From a bacterium (GTDB lineage: Bacteria; UBA8248), in contig CBDATS010000005.1 in NCBI GenBank assembly GCA_965200245.1, positions 576,001 to 640,000 on the forward strand: a DNA stretch of 64,000 nt, given 5' to 3'. Shown one piece after another: positions 26,805 to 37,801 of the stretch. The notes beneath the pieces are model-generated. The model was given only the letters and a program-made list of their open reading frames with translations. It made no database searches and had not been told where the DNA came from. A program made the translations under genes and the position numbers. Each line of letters opens with the position of its first letter. Position 1 is the first letter of the stretch.

Positions 26805-28231
26805 ACCGCTTCCTCGGATTTTTCGTCTCTGGCTTCCAGTTTAGCGATCAACTCCCGACTCACTTTCCAGACGTCACCTGCACCAAGCGTGAGAACGATG
26901 TCGCCACTTCTCGCCTCCTCGAACAGGCGATTCACAGCCTCTTCCAAGCCACCTGTCGCCTCGCAGTTCTTGTGACCGTGCGCCCTGATGCCTTCGGCGA
27001 GTTTTGCAGAACTGACTCCATCGATGGGCGCTTCGCCCGCGGCGTATATAGGCGCGACGAGCACCCTGTCGGCATCGTAAAAAGCAGTGTGGAAGGCTTC
27101 TTCGAGGTGATGCGTTCTCGTGTATCGGTGCGGCTGAAACAATACCACCAGGCGGTTTTCTGGCCATGCCTCGCGGACGGCGCGGAGCGTGACCTTGATC
27201 TCTTGGGGGTGATGCCCGTAGTCGTCGAAAATCGTGACGCCAGATTTTTCGCCGATCTGTTCCAGGCGGCGGCCGATCCCATCGAATTCGTAAAGTCCTC
27301 TTTGGATGTCCGCGAAGGAAACGTCGAACTCCATTGAGACGGCGGCGGCGGCCAGGGCATTGTACGCGTTATGGCGTCCAGGCATGGTCAATTGTATCTC
27401 GCCGAGGCGTTCCCCCCTTTTTTTTACGCCGAAAACCGCTTGGCCGTTCTCGTAGCGGAAATCCTCTCCTATATAATCTGCCTGGGTACCAAAGCCATAG
27501 GTGACAAACTGCTTCTCCACGTGGGGAATGAATTCCTGAATCGCTGGATGATCCAAGCACAAGACCGAGAAGCCGTAGAAGGGCACCTTGTTCACGAATT
27601 CCAAGAACGCGGTCTTGATGGCATCGTAATTCTCATAAAAATCAAGATGCTCCTCGTCGATGTTTGTCACGATCGCAATCGTGGGAGTCAGCCGCAAGAA
27701 CGTGCCGTCGCTCTCGTCAGCTTCCGCCACCAGATACTCTCCCTCGCCCATTCGTGCGTTCGATCCCAAGGCATTGATGCGCCCGCCTACGACCACCGTG
27801 GGGTCAAGGCCGCTGGCTGCCAGAACCGCCGCGATGAATGACGTAGTGGTCGTCTTGCCGTGCGTGCCCGCGACGCCGATGCTGTATTTCATGCGCATAA
27901 GTTCGGCCAACATCTCCGCACGCCTTATGACGGGGATTTTCCGTCGCCTCGCTTCGGCAACTTCCACGTTAACGGCCGTAACCGCCGAGCTGTAAACCAA
28001 AACGTCAGCTCCAGCCACGTTCTCCGCCTTGTGGCCCAGCACCACCCGGGCGCCTAAGCCCCGAAGTCGGAAAATCGCCTCGTTGCTCGTGATGTCCGAG
28101 CCGCTGATCTCATAACCCAGGTTCAGCAAGACCTCGGCGATGCCGCACATGCCCGTGCCGCCGATGCCCACGAAATGAACACGCCTTGAGTGCCTGAACA
28201 TAGCGTGCTTGGTGTATGGTCTTGCTATCAC
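26801..28231 (-). CDS. murC: UDP-N-acetylmuramate--L-alanine ligase
   Basis: GIGGTGM, GTHGKTTT, EADESD, DDYGHHP, FQPHRYTRT. Confidence 0.97.
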   Translation of the reverse strand: MIARPYTKHAMFRHSRRVHFVGIGGTGMCGIAEVLLNLGYEISGSDITSNEAIFRLRGLGARVVLGHKAENVAGADVLVYSSAVTAVNVEVAEARRRKIPVIRRAEMLAELMRMKYSIGVAGTHGKTTTTSFIAAVLAASGLDPTVVVGGRINALGSNARMGEGEYLVAEADESDGTFLRLTPTIAIVTNIDEEHLDFYENYDAIKTAFLEFVNKVPFYGFSVLCLDHPAIQEFIPHVEKQFVTYGFGTQADYIGEDFRYENGQAVFGVKKRGERLGEIQLTMPGRHNAYNALAAAAVSMEFDVSFADIQRGLYEFDGIGRRLEQIGEKSGVTIFDDYGHHPQEIKVTLRAVREAWPENRLVVLFQPHRYTRTHHLEEAFHTAFYDADRVLVAPIYAAGEAPIDGVSSAKLAEGIRAHGHKNCEATGGLEEAVNRLFEEARSGDIVLTLGAGDVWKVSRELIAKLEARDEKSEEAV

Positions 28232-28250
28232 TTCAGGGATCCTTTCCTCA

Positions 28251-29336
28251 TCACGCAGCCTTCACCTGTTGACGGCACAAAGCAGCCACAGCTTCAGAGG
28301 CACTCGCGCGGGCGAGTGATTTCGTCCGCTTCGACATGGAGACGAGCTTTCCCCGTTCCGCTTCGTATTCAAGCCAGATGTCCGCAAGAACACGGCCGTT
28401 CAAGTCTTCTTGAAGAATCATCCGCGCCGCATCGCGTTCGGCGAGATAACGCGCGTTCGCTTCCTGATGCCCATGAGTGGCACTTGGCAATGGAATCAAC
28501 ACAGCAGGCAACGCCATCGCGGACAACTCTGCCACGCTCACCGCGCCCGCGCGCGAACAACACACCTGCGCCCAGCGATAACGATCAGCCATATCGTACA
28601 GATAAGGCGCCACGTGCGCCTGCGCGCCTGCCACTTCATAAGCCGCACGCACACGGGGGAAATCTGCCTCTCCCGTCTGATGCACGAACCGTATTTTTTC
28701 GAGCGCGTCTCCAAGTAGGGGTAGCGCCTCCATAACCGCCTCGTTGATGGCCCGCGCCCCCTGGCTCCCACCAAAGATGAGCACCTTCAAGGGGCCATCC
28801 CAGGAACCTTCACCGCGCTCGAAACTTTCCGAAAACTCGCTCCTGAGCGGCAGTCCCGTCTCGACGATTTTTCCGCGAGCGAAGCCTTCGTCGTGCACAG
28901 GCAATCCCACGGCTACACTGGACGCAAAGCGCGACAGCAAACGATTTGCCACACCGGGAATCACGTTTTGTTCGATCAGGACAATCGGCCTATTCCAAAG
29001 TCCGGCCGCTGCGACCAAGGGAACGCTGGAGTAGCCACCCAACCCCAAAACGACGTGGGGACGAAAGCGCCTGAGGATTCCCATCGCTTGACAGACTCCA
29101 TAGCTCATCATGGCGAGAGCCCCGATTTTCTGGCCCCGGGAACGCCCCAGAACACCTGCCGAGGCAATCGCTTGAAACGGCAGATTCTCGCGTGGCAAAA
29201 CCCTGGCCTCAATCCCGCGGGCAGCTCCCACGAACAGAACCTCGTTTGAGTTGTCTTCCGCCAGCCAAGCCCTTGCCACCGCAATGCCCGGATAGAGGTG
29301 TCCGCCCGTGCCGCCACCCGCGACGAGAAGTCTCAT
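28251..29336 (-). CDS. murG: Undecaprenyl-PP-MurNAc-pentapeptide GlcNAc transferase
   Basis: GGGTGGH, EQN, GGSQGA, RAGA, HQEANA. Confidence 0.97.
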   Translation of the reverse strand: MRLLVAGGGTGGHLYPGIAVARAWLAEDNSNEVLFVGAARGIEARVLPRENLPFQAIASAGVLGRSRGQKIGALAMMSYGVCQAMGILRRFRPHVVLGLGGYSSVPLVAAAGLWNRPIVLIEQNVIPGVANRLLSRFASSVAVGLPVHDEGFARGKIVETGLPLRSEFSESFERGEGSWDGPLKVLIFGGSQGARAINEAVMEALPLLGDALEKIRFVHQTGEADFPRVRAAYEVAGAQAHVAPYLYDMADRYRWAQVCCSRAGAVSVAELSAMALPAVLIPLPSATHGHQEANARYLAERDAARMILQEDLNGRVLADIWLEYEAERGKLVSMSKRTKSLARASASEAVAALCRQQVKAA

Positions 29337-30520
29337 GTGCGTATCCTCCTGCGGAGAACCGCCTTCCGCTCGCGCGGCAACAAACCTTCCGCCGCGTCAA
29401 TCGGACTGCCCGATCCGGATGGCTTGGGTGCCTGATTCGATAATTCGATGGAAATCAACAATCCCAAAGAGATGAGCGTAAACACCAAAGACGATCCGCC
29501 CAGACTGATTAGGGGCAGCGGTATGCCCGTAGTGGGCAGAAGACCCGTCGCCACCGCCATGTTCAGGAAACCCTGTGCTACAACCAGAAAAGTCAGGCCC
29601 GCCGCCATCAGGGCAGTGAAGGAATTCTCACAGCGCATGGCAATTTGAAAGCCGCGCCAGAGCAGGACTACGAAGGCCGCCGCAACGCACAAGGCACCGA
29701 TAAGCCCCATTTCTTCGCCCACAACAGCGTAGATGAAATCCGTATGGGGCTCGGGCAGATAGAAGAGTTTTTGCTTGCCCTCGCCCAGGCCGAGTCCCGC
29801 GAGTCCGCCCCGCGCGACCGCCAACTGCGACTGGATGAGTTGATAGCCCGCCCCTTTCGCCGCAGAGAAAGGGTCCCAAAAAGCAAATATCCGCTTCATG
29901 CGCCAAGGCGCAAAAATCACCATACCGAGCAGGACGCTCCCCGTAGTGAATGCACAAACACCTAGGTGGAGCGGTCTCGCACCCGCTAGAAACAACAAAA
30001 CGCCAACCACAGCGGCGACCAGAGTCGCCGTGCCTAAATCCGGCTGTAGCAGGATGAGAACGAGAATTATTCCTGAGAAACCAACCGGAGGCAGAAATCC
30101 GAAGAGCCAATCGTTCAAGCTCTCGCCCTTGAGCGCCAGGAAGTGCGCCATAAAGATCACCAGCCCTACCTTCGCAGCTTCGGCTGGCTGAAACGATGTG
30201 GAACCCAGCATCAGCCACCGTTGCGCGCCGCCCGCCTCTCTTCCGATTCCTGGCGCTAACACCAACAGTAGCAACAAAATAGAGGCGAACATCAAAGGGT
30301 ATGCGATTTTCCGCAGGCGGAGAGGATCCGTTTTGGAAATCGCCAGCATACAGGCGAAGCCCAAGACGGCCCATAACACATGGCGCTTCACGAAATAATA
30401 TGCATCGCCATACTTGTCGAGTGCAAGAATATGGCTCGCGCTGAACACCATGACGACGCCGAAGGCCACGAGTCCAAGCGAGATGAAAAAGATGACAGGG
30501 TCGATGCGTTTGCGAATCAA
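29333..30520 (-). CDS. ftsW: Putative peptidoglycan glycosyltransferase FtsW
   Basis: QPAE, QPDLGT, YLPEPHTDFI, GEEMG, GGSS. Confidence 0.96.
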   Translation of the reverse strand: MIRKRIDPVIFFISLGLVAFGVVMVFSASHILALDKYGDAYYFVKRHVLWAVLGFACMLAISKTDPLRLRKIAYPLMFASILLLLLVLAPGIGREAGGAQRWLMLGSTSFQPAEAAKVGLVIFMAHFLALKGESLNDWLFGFLPPVGFSGIILVLILLQPDLGTATLVAAVVGVLLFLAGARPLHLGVCAFTTGSVLLGMVIFAPWRMKRIFAFWDPFSAAKGAGYQLIQSQLAVARGGLAGLGLGEGKQKLFYLPEPHTDFIYAVVGEEMGLIGALCVAAAFVVLLWRGFQIAMRCENSFTALMAAGLTFLVVAQGFLNMAVATGLLPTTGIPLPLISLGGSSLVFTLISLGLLISIELSNQAPKPSGSGSPIDAAEGLLPRERKAVLRRRIRT

Positions 30521-31914
30521 CTCTCATCCCTCCACATCAACTCCTGTGCCATTCGGCGGAAGATGTCGCCCCGATGGGCGTAATCGCGAAACTGATCGAA
30601 ACTCGAACAAGCGGGCGAGAGGAGAACCGTATCGCCTGCTTTCGCTTCTTCATGCGCGATACGGACGGCTTCATCCAGCCTTGTTGCATAAATAATCGGC
30701 GCGCACCCATCAAAAAACCGGCCGAAACGCTCCGCCGCCTCGCCGATGAGGAACATTCGCCGGACCTTCTTCTCCACTACGGTGCGCAAGGGCGCGAGGT
30801 CGCTGCCCTTATCCACGCCCCCAGCGATGAGAAGCACATCTCCCGGCACGCTCTTCAGACTCATCGCCGTGGCACCTACGTTCGTACCCTTGGAATCGTT
30901 CACCCAGCGAACACCCTCCGCTTCGCCGACAACCTCCATACGGTGGGGCAGACCCTTGAAACTGCGAGCCACACTCGCCATCGCACCTGAGTCCACGCCC
31001 AGAAAACGCGCCGCCGCGCACGCGGCCAGAAAATTATCGAGATTATGAAAACCGGAAACCAAAAGCTCATCCACGCCGCAAACGTGCGTCGAAACGGCAC
31101 CGTCGGACAAGAACACCTCTCTGCTCTCGATGTAAGCACCCCGGCTGACACGCCCTTTCCGGCTGAATGCCAAGACGCTCTGTGCGCCGGGCGTCATGTA
31201 GCGCGCCGCCAGAGGATTGTCGGCATTCAGAACCTTGGCGTCCCCTTCCCCTTGATTGGCGAACAACCTCGCCTTTAGATCGGCATATTCATAGATATCC
31301 GGATGCCTATCGAGATGATCAGGCGTCACGTTGGTCATCACGGCCACTTTTGGCTTGATGGTAGGCGCCCATTCGAGTTGAAAGCTACTCACCTCGCCGA
31401 CAATGAAATCGGCCTCGTCTCCTTCGGCTTCAACCACCTCGACGAGCGCACGTCCGATATTTCCGCCCACCGGCGCGCAAAAACCACCTTCCTCCAGAAT
31501 TCGTCCGAGCATCGTCGTGACCGTCGTCTTCCCGTTCGTTCCGGTGACGGCGACGATGGGTGCGGAACAAAGCCTACAGGCTAGTTCCACCTCGCCAATC
31601 ACTTCAGCACCCGACGCCTTCGCCAGCGCGATGTAGCGATTCGTCGCAGGTATCCCAGGGCTTACCACCAACAGGTCGCACTCCTTAAAACGCGCCTCGT
31701 CGTGGCCGCCTAGTTCAAGCACCACGCCTGAAGGCAAATGATCGGCCAAGCCTGGAATCTCATCCAGGTCCGTAGCCACCACCTTCGCGCCCAGACGCAC
31801 AAGGGCACCCGCCGCGGCGATTCCACTCTTGGCCATTCCCATGACGAGCGCTCGCCGCGCAGGCAACGCTTCTATCCATGCCGTGGCTTTTTCGTCCAAA
31901 ACCAGATTCCTCAT
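30517..31914 (-). CDS. murD: UDP-N-acetylmuramoyl-L-alanine--D-glutamate ligase
   Basis: SPGI, TGTNGKTT, EVSSFQL, DHLDRH, NDSKGTN, SPACSSFDQF; start reassigned to ATG 31914. Confidence 0.96.
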   Translation of the reverse strand: MRNLVLDEKATAWIEALPARRALVMGMAKSGIAAAGALVRLGAKVVATDLDEIPGLADHLPSGVVLELGGHDEARFKECDLLVVSPGIPATNRYIALAKASGAEVIGEVELACRLCSAPIVAVTGTNGKTTVTTMLGRILEEGGFCAPVGGNIGRALVEVVEAEGDEADFIVGEVSSFQLEWAPTIKPKVAVMTNVTPDHLDRHPDIYEYADLKARLFANQGEGDAKVLNADNPLAARYMTPGAQSVLAFSRKGRVSRGAYIESREVFLSDGAVSTHVCGVDELLVSGFHNLDNFLAACAAARFLGVDSGAMASVARSFKGLPHRMEVVGEAEGVRWVNDSKGTNVGATAMSLKSVPGDVLLIAGGVDKGSDLAPLRTVVEKKVRRMFLIGEAAERFGRFFDGCAPIIYATRLDEAVRIAHEEAKAGDTVLLSPACSSFDQFRDYAHRGDIFRRMAQELMWRDES

Positions 31915-32996
31915 CTCAGTTTCAGCGTCGCCAAACTCATCAGGGCTAAAACAACCGCCACTATCCAAAAACGGACTGTCACCTTGGGTTCGGACCAACC
32001 CTCTTCCTCGAAATGGTGGTGCAGCGGCGCCATGCGGAACGCGCGCCTACCGGTGAGCCTGAAGGAGACCACCTGCACAATGACCGAAAGCGTCTCCAAG
32101 ACGAACAAACCGCCCACCAAGAACAAGAGGAGTTCCTGCTTGATTGAAAGCGCCACCGTAGCCAGCAGCGCGCCCAGGGAAAGCGCGCCTACGTCGCCCA
32201 TAAAGACCTGCGCCGGATACGCGTTGAACCACAAGAATCCAAGTCCCGCGCCGAAGATCGCACCGCAGACGATGGCTAATTCCCCCGCGCCCCGAACATG
32301 GAGAATCAGCAGATACTTCGAGATTCCCGCATGGCCCGAAACGTAGCTGAAAACGAAATAAGCGCCCGCCGCAATCAGCAGCGGGCCGATAGCAAGACCA
32401 TCCAGACCATCCGTGAGATTCACGGCGTTGCTCGTCGACACAATTACCAAAGCGGCGTAGGGCACAAACCAAATCCCGATATCGGGCTGGACGTTCTTTA
32501 AGAAGGGGAGCATGACGACGGGCTTGAAATCCATCCCCACAAAACCGCTGTACAGGGCGTAGCCCACGACGAGGCCGATGATTCCTTGTGCCAGGAACTT
32601 CATGGCGGGTCTAACACCGTTTTTGTCCTTCAGCATCACTTTCTTATAATCGTCCCAGAAACCCAGCAAACCGTAGGTGAGCAGAACGAACAGGGATACC
32701 CAGATGTAACCGTTCGTCAGATCATTCCAGAGCAGAACTGGTACCGACACGCAAAATAGAATGAGTAGCCCCCCCATCGTCGGCGTTCCTTTTTTCGCCA
32801 TGTGACTTTGGGGGCCATCTTCGCGGATTACCTCGCCGATTTGACGCTTCTGCAGATACCGAATCAGGCGTGGCCCGAGCAGCAACGACATGACGAGAGC
32901 GGTAAGCACTGCCATCGCCGTCCTGAACGTGATGAAACGAAACACGTTTAGCGCCGCGATCGACTGACTCAAAGAAATGAAAGCGGAATAGAGCAT
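31911..32996 (-). CDS. mraY: Phospho-N-acetylmuramoyl-pentapeptide transferase
   Basis: KKGTPTMGG, DDY, NAVNLTDGLDGL, FMGDVG, APLHHHFE. Confidence 0.98.
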   Translation of the reverse strand: MLYSAFISLSQSIAALNVFRFITFRTAMAVLTALVMSLLLGPRLIRYLQKRQIGEVIREDGPQSHMAKKGTPTMGGLLILFCVSVPVLLWNDLTNGYIWVSLFVLLTYGLLGFWDDYKKVMLKDKNGVRPAMKFLAQGIIGLVVGYALYSGFVGMDFKPVVMLPFLKNVQPDIGIWFVPYAALVIVSTSNAVNLTDGLDGLAIGPLLIAAGAYFVFSYVSGHAGISKYLLILHVRGAGELAIVCGAIFGAGLGFLWFNAYPAQVFMGDVGALSLGALLATVALSIKQELLLFLVGGLFVLETLSVIVQVVSFRLTGRRAFRMAPLHHHFEEEGWSEPKVTVRFWIVAVVLALMSLATLKLR

Positions 32997-34411
32997 TAAA
33001 TTTCGAGCTCCTCGATCACGCGTTCCATCATCATCGAACGCGACCCCTTCACCAAAACCCAGTCGCCTGAGAGGAGAGTTCCGGCCAGCGCGGAAGCGGC
33101 CTCTTCCGGCGTATCGAAATTCATGAGTCGGGCATCGTCCATGCCCGCCCGAAGCGCCTCATCGGACGCAAACCTCATCAGTGGCCCCACGCCCACGAAC
33201 AAATCCACACTGCAAGCTGCAAGCTTCCGACCTATGTCGCTGTGCGCGCTCTCGGCCGCTGGCCCCAGTTCTGCCATGTCGCCCAGAACCGATATGAGCC
33301 GCCCGCCACCCCTGAGAGCGCTCGCTGTCTCAAGCGCCCGGGAAACGGACTCCGGATTCGCGTTGTAGGAATCATCCAGCAGTTGAACACCCGGGTGTGT
33401 GGGTATCTCGCGCGCCTGCAACCGCATTTTGGGTAGAACCGCCCTGGAAAGTCCGGCGGTGACTTCGTCCAGGCAGATGCCCAGCACAGACGCGCAAGCA
33501 GAGGCTGCGAGCGCATTCAGGACGTTGTGACGTCCGAGCGCATCGATTTGCATCTCCCTTTCGCCCTCGGCGCAGCGGAGCCAAAAACGCGTGCCTCCCG
33601 TTGTGATTTGGATGTCGTCCGCCCAAAAATCGCTTTCCTGCGCAAACCCGAAACGAATCACACGCCCGCCCCTCGCCTCGAATCTCACGGCCAGAACGCG
33701 GCTGTACTCATCTTCGTTCGAAAGCACTGCCACGCCACCTGCAGGCATCGCTTCGAGAATCTCGCCTTTCGCATCGCGCACCGTCTCGACGCTGCCAAGC
33801 CCTTCGATGTGCGCAGGCCCCACATTCGTGATGACGGCGATTCCGGGGCAGGTGATTTCGGCGAGTCTCCTGATCTCACCGGCCTCGCTCATCCCCACCT
33901 CGAAGACGGCGTATGCATGTTGTTCTCCGAGGCGAAGGACCTGGTGCGGCAGCCCCACCAGATTGTTGAGGTTCCCATCGCTCTTGCAGACCTGGCCTGC
34001 CGTTGAAAGCGCAGCCGCAATCATCTCCTTCGTCGTCGTCTTCCCGTTGCTGCCCGTCACTCCCACCACAGGAATAGCGAAACGGTTCCGATACGCACGC
34101 GCTAAATCGCCCAAGGCCCGCAGTGTGTCCACGACCTCGACGATGAAAACCGTATCTCCGGCCGAAACATCTGTTCCTTTTTCCACGACGACGCCCGCCG
34201 CTTTTTTCTCAATCGCCTGGTGCAGGAACTCCGCGCCATCGAAATTGAGGCCTTTGAGCGCGATGAACAGATCGCCCGCTTCGAGCGTGCGCGTGTCCGT
34301 GCTCACGCCAGCGATGTGGGCAGGGGCGTTTCCACTGATGAGTTTCCCGCCCGTCGCCTCTGCGATCTCGTTTGCGCCAAAAACAGCTGTCATCGTTTCC
34401 ACCCCTGTCAT
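32996..34411 (-). CDS. murF: UDP-N-acetylmuramoyl-tripeptide--D-Ala-D-Ala ligase
   Basis: TGSNGKTTTK, NLNNLVGLP, DSYNANPES, GDMAELG, KGSR. Confidence 0.96.
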   Translation of the reverse strand: MTGVETMTAVFGANEIAEATGGKLISGNAPAHIAGVSTDTRTLEAGDLFIALKGLNFDGAEFLHQAIEKKAAGVVVEKGTDVSAGDTVFIVEVVDTLRALGDLARAYRNRFAIPVVGVTGSNGKTTTKEMIAAALSTAGQVCKSDGNLNNLVGLPHQVLRLGEQHAYAVFEVGMSEAGEIRRLAEITCPGIAVITNVGPAHIEGLGSVETVRDAKGEILEAMPAGGVAVLSNEDEYSRVLAVRFEARGGRVIRFGFAQESDFWADDIQITTGGTRFWLRCAEGEREMQIDALGRHNVLNALAASACASVLGICLDEVTAGLSRAVLPKMRLQAREIPTHPGVQLLDDSYNANPESVSRALETASALRGGGRLISVLGDMAELGPAAESAHSDIGRKLAACSVDLFVGVGPLMRFASDEALRAGMDDARLMNFDTPEEAASALAGTLLSGDWVLVKGSRSMMMERVIEELEI

Positions 34412-35904
34412 TTCTCGTATCCAGCGATGCGGAGCGCCTCACGAACTTCTTCATGATCATCGAACGGCGTGCGCTGGGTTCCCAGAATCTGATACGTCTC
34501 GTGCCCCTTGCCTGCGATGACCACGGCGTCTCCCTCGCTTGCCTCGGCGACGATGGCACGAATCGCTTCGCGCCTGTCGAGAATGCTGCACCAGTGCCCG
34601 TCACTCCCCGGCACCAGAGCAGCACCTGCTTCTACTTCTCTCAGAATCAAGGCGGGGTCTTCCGTACGCGGATTGTCCGACGTCATCACCACGTAATCGC
34701 TCGCCCGCAGGGCGGCAGCGGCCATGAGAGGCCGTTTCTTTCTGTCCCTGTCACCCCCGCAACCCATGAGAGTGAGGATACGCTTCTCTGTAATGGGCCG
34801 GGCAAACTCCAGCACGCGGGCCAACGCGTCCTCAGTGTGAGCGTAATCCACTACCACAAGAAAGGGCTGGCCTGCGTCTATCTTCTCGAATCGCCCGGGT
34901 ATTTTCTCCAAAGACACGATGCCCGCGGCGACTTCTTCAGGCGTCAACCCCTGCGAGAGACACGCCGCTGAGGCGGCCAATATGTTACTCAGGTTGTGAC
35001 GTCCAATAAGCGCTGTTTCTATCTGCACCAATCCACTGGGCGTACGCATCTGGAAATCCATACCCGAAGACGAACTCAAAAGGTTTTCCACGCCAAGGTC
35101 CGCCTTGGCATCTAGAGCATATGTCCAGAGGTTCCCCCTCGCCTCCACCGCGATTCTCTGCCCGTAGATGTCGTCTGTGTTGACGATTGCATTAGCAGGT
35201 GAGAACTCCTGGAACAACTTTAGTTTCGCCCGAAAATATGCCTCCATGTCGCCGTGAAAGTCGAGATGGTCCTGGGTGAGGTTGCTGAACACCGCAGCTT
35301 GAAACTCGCATCCGAGCAGTCTGTCCAGAACCAGCCCATGGCTCGACACTTCCATCACGGCATGGGAAGCGCCAGCTTCTGCCATGCGGCGCAGATACTG
35401 CTGAAGGTCGGGGCCTTCCGAGGTAGTGCGCGGCTCCTCAAACACTTCATCGCCCACACGGTAATGAATTGTACCCATCAAGCCGGTTCGCCTGCCCGAG
35501 GAGCGGAGAATCGCGTCGATGAGAAACGCCGTGGTCGTCTTGCCGTTGGTGCCTGTGACGCCGATGAGCGCTAACTCACCTGAGGGATGACCGTAAAACG
35601 CATCGCCGATGCGCGACACAGCCTCGCGGCTCGAAGGCACGACGAACTGAGGCGTCTCGGGGGAAACACCTTCGATTTTTCTCTCGACGACGAGGGCGGC
35701 GGCACCCTTGGCAAGTGCGTCTTTGGCGAAATCGTGCCCATCAGCTTGAAAACCCGCGACTGCGACGAAGACATCGCCCGGCTGCACAAAGCGCGAATCG
35801 TAGGCCACGCCAGTGATTTGTGCGGCAAAATCGCCGCCTGCCCTCTCTCCGGGCATCGCGCTTGTCAATTCCTCGAACGAAGCGTTTCTCTCATACACGA
35901 CCAT
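34408..35904 (-). CDS. murE: UDP-N-acetylmuramoyl-L-alanyl-D-glutamate--meso-DAP ligase
   Basis: TGTNGKTT, MEVSSH, DYAHT, GCGGDRD, DNPR (DAP-specific motif), AGKGHE. Confidence 0.96.
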   Translation of the reverse strand: MVVYERNASFEELTSAMPGERAGGDFAAQITGVAYDSRFVQPGDVFVAVAGFQADGHDFAKDALAKGAAALVVERKIEGVSPETPQFVVPSSREAVSRIGDAFYGHPSGELALIGVTGTNGKTTTAFLIDAILRSSGRRTGLMGTIHYRVGDEVFEEPRTTSEGPDLQQYLRRMAEAGASHAVMEVSSHGLVLDRLLGCEFQAAVFSNLTQDHLDFHGDMEAYFRAKLKLFQEFSPANAIVNTDDIYGQRIAVEARGNLWTYALDAKADLGVENLLSSSSGMDFQMRTPSGLVQIETALIGRHNLSNILAASAACLSQGLTPEEVAAGIVSLEKIPGRFEKIDAGQPFLVVVDYAHTEDALARVLEFARPITEKRILTLMGCGGDRDRKKRPLMAAAALRASDYVVMTSDNPRTEDPALILREVEAGAALVPGSDGHWCSILDRREAIRAIVAEASEGDAVVIAGKGHETYQILGTQRTPFDDHEEVREALRIAGYEK

Positions 35905-35912
35905 CACTCCGC

Positions 35913-37781
35913 TCAACGCGCCGCATCCCATAATGCCGCCTGCACATGATCACCATGCAGATAGCGGCGCACTTGCTTCGCGGCGTCCAGAATCTTCTCT
36001 CCCATCGCCTTATCCTCATGCTCCAAACCCGTATGAACTCGATCCAGAGGGCTCGAATCCGCGATCTGCAGAATCCTTGCTCCTTTTTGAGGAACGCGCA
36101 TGTAGCGCAGCGCCTGCCAGGCGATGCGCCGCCAAACCGGAGCCGCGACCGTGCCCCCCCACGCGCCTCCAGGCGCCTTTCCCTCATCAAAGATAACGAT
36201 GAGAGCGAAGCGGGGGTTCTCGAAAGGAGCGAAGCCTACGAACGACATAATGAAATTCGATCGACTGTATCCTCGCTGGCCCGGAAGAACCTTCTGCGCC
36301 GTGCCCGTTTTTCCCGCGGTGCCATAGCCCAGAATTTCGGCCTTTCTACCCGTACCCTCGGCCACAACCTTCCGCATCAGGGCGCCGAGACGTTTCGCCA
36401 CGAGGGGAGAAAGGACACGTCTGAGTTCGTGCCTTTTGGCCAGCAGTACCCTCCTGCCGTCACGTTCGATGGAATCGTGCAAAACGGGCCTAGGCATCAG
36501 CCCGCCGTTCGCCACCGTAGCCACGGCCATCACCATTTGTAACGGGGTGACGGCCACCTCTTGGCCAATAGATACTGCCGCCAGTGAGGTTTTCGACCAT
36601 TTCTCCGTCGGGCGAAGCACTCCCCGGGCTTCGCCAGGGAAACGGATTCCCGTCTTTCGGCCGAAACCGAATCGATCCGTCATGATGTAGAATTGATGTT
36701 TGCCGATATCGCTCGCCATCTTGAATGTGCCGATGTTCGATGATTTCACGATTACCTCTTCGGCGGTTAGCCAGCCGTATCCTTTGGGATCCCGGAGGGT
36801 GTAGCGTCCTCCTCCAAACTTGTAGATACCGTTTTCGGCGAAATATTTTTTCGAGAGTGATTCGCCCGCCTCAAGATAGGCCGCCGCCGTTATGATCTTG
36901 AACGTCGATCCAGGTTCGTAGAATTCCTGGATGGCAGGTTCTTTCCAACGGGATGCACCGTAGAGATTATACGTGTTGGGGTTGAAACTCGGCACAGACG
37001 CCATGGCCAGGATTCTTCCAGTGTGAGGTTCGACCATCACTCCGATGGCGCGCCGCGCACGCACTCGGCGAAGTTGGGCACTCAACTCCTTCTCGACGAT
37101 ATATTGCAACACCCCGTCGATGGTGAGACGAACATCCGCACCTGGGCGCGGGGCTACGAGTACCCGCTCCTCAGGATGAACCGACCTACCTTTAGCATCG
37201 CGCTCGATGCGAATGCGGCCCTCTCGCCCGCCCATGTACTCTTGATAGGATTGTTCCACGCCATAAATGCCCGCATCGTCGATACCCACGAAGCCGACCA
37301 GAGACGATGCGAGTTCACGTTTGGGATAAAAACGCCTGCTTTCGTTAACAAAGCCCAAGCCAGCGATCTTCAGATTCTCGATTTCCCTCTGCTGATCGGG
37401 GTTGATCTTCCGCTTGAGCCAAACGTACCGTCGGCGTCCATTTAGTTTTTCGAAATACTCTCGCGTCGAGCCGCCGAGAATTTTATTGAGCGTCAACGAA
37501 GCCCTTTGGGGATCGGCCACTTCCCTGGCGTTGGCATAAAGAGAAGGCGCGTTAATGCTCACCGCCAAAGGCCTTCCCCTCGCGTCAACAACATCTCCTC
37601 GCCTAGGGCGCACAACGAGCGTGCGGCGCAACTGGCGTTCTGCATATGCCACGAGGTGTTCGCGGTCCCGTATTTGGATGATGAAGAGCTTGACACCCAA
37701 CATGCAAAATCCGAATACAACCAAGGAACCGCATATCATCAAGCGGTGAGAGAAGCCATGCGTCATGGGCTGACCTGTCAT
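35913..37781 (-). CDS. ftsI: Division transpeptidase PBP3
   Basis: TM anchor, RRGDVVD, SxxK (STFK), SSN, KTGT; start reassigned downstream of ftsL. Confidence 0.94.
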   Translation of the reverse strand: MTGQPMTHGFSHRLMICGSLVVFGFCMLGVKLFIIQIRDREHLVAYAERQLRRTLVVRPRRGDVVDARGRPLAVSINAPSLYANAREVADPQRASLTLNKILGGSTREYFEKLNGRRRYVWLKRKINPDQQREIENLKIAGLGFVNESRRFYPKRELASSLVGFVGIDDAGIYGVEQSYQEYMGGREGRIRIERDAKGRSVHPEERVLVAPRPGADVRLTIDGVLQYIVEKELSAQLRRVRARRAIGVMVEPHTGRILAMASVPSFNPNTYNLYGASRWKEPAIQEFYEPGSTFKIITAAAYLEAGESLSKKYFAENGIYKFGGGRYTLRDPKGYGWLTAEEVIVKSSNIGTFKMASDIGKHQFYIMTDRFGFGRKTGIRFPGEARGVLRPTEKWSKTSLAAVSIGQEVAVTPLQMVMAVATVANGGLMPRPVLHDSIERDGRRVLLAKRHELRRVLSPLVAKRLGALMRKVVAEGTGRKAEILGYGTAGKTGTAQKVLPGQRGYSRSNFIMSFVGFAPFENPRFALIVIFDEGKAPGGAWGGTVAAPVWRRIAWQALRYMRVPQKGARILQIADSSPLDRVHTGLEHEDKAMGEKILDAAKQVRRYLHGDHVQAALWDAAR

Positions 37782-37801
37782 GGGCGGCAGGAGGAAGGTG
37801 G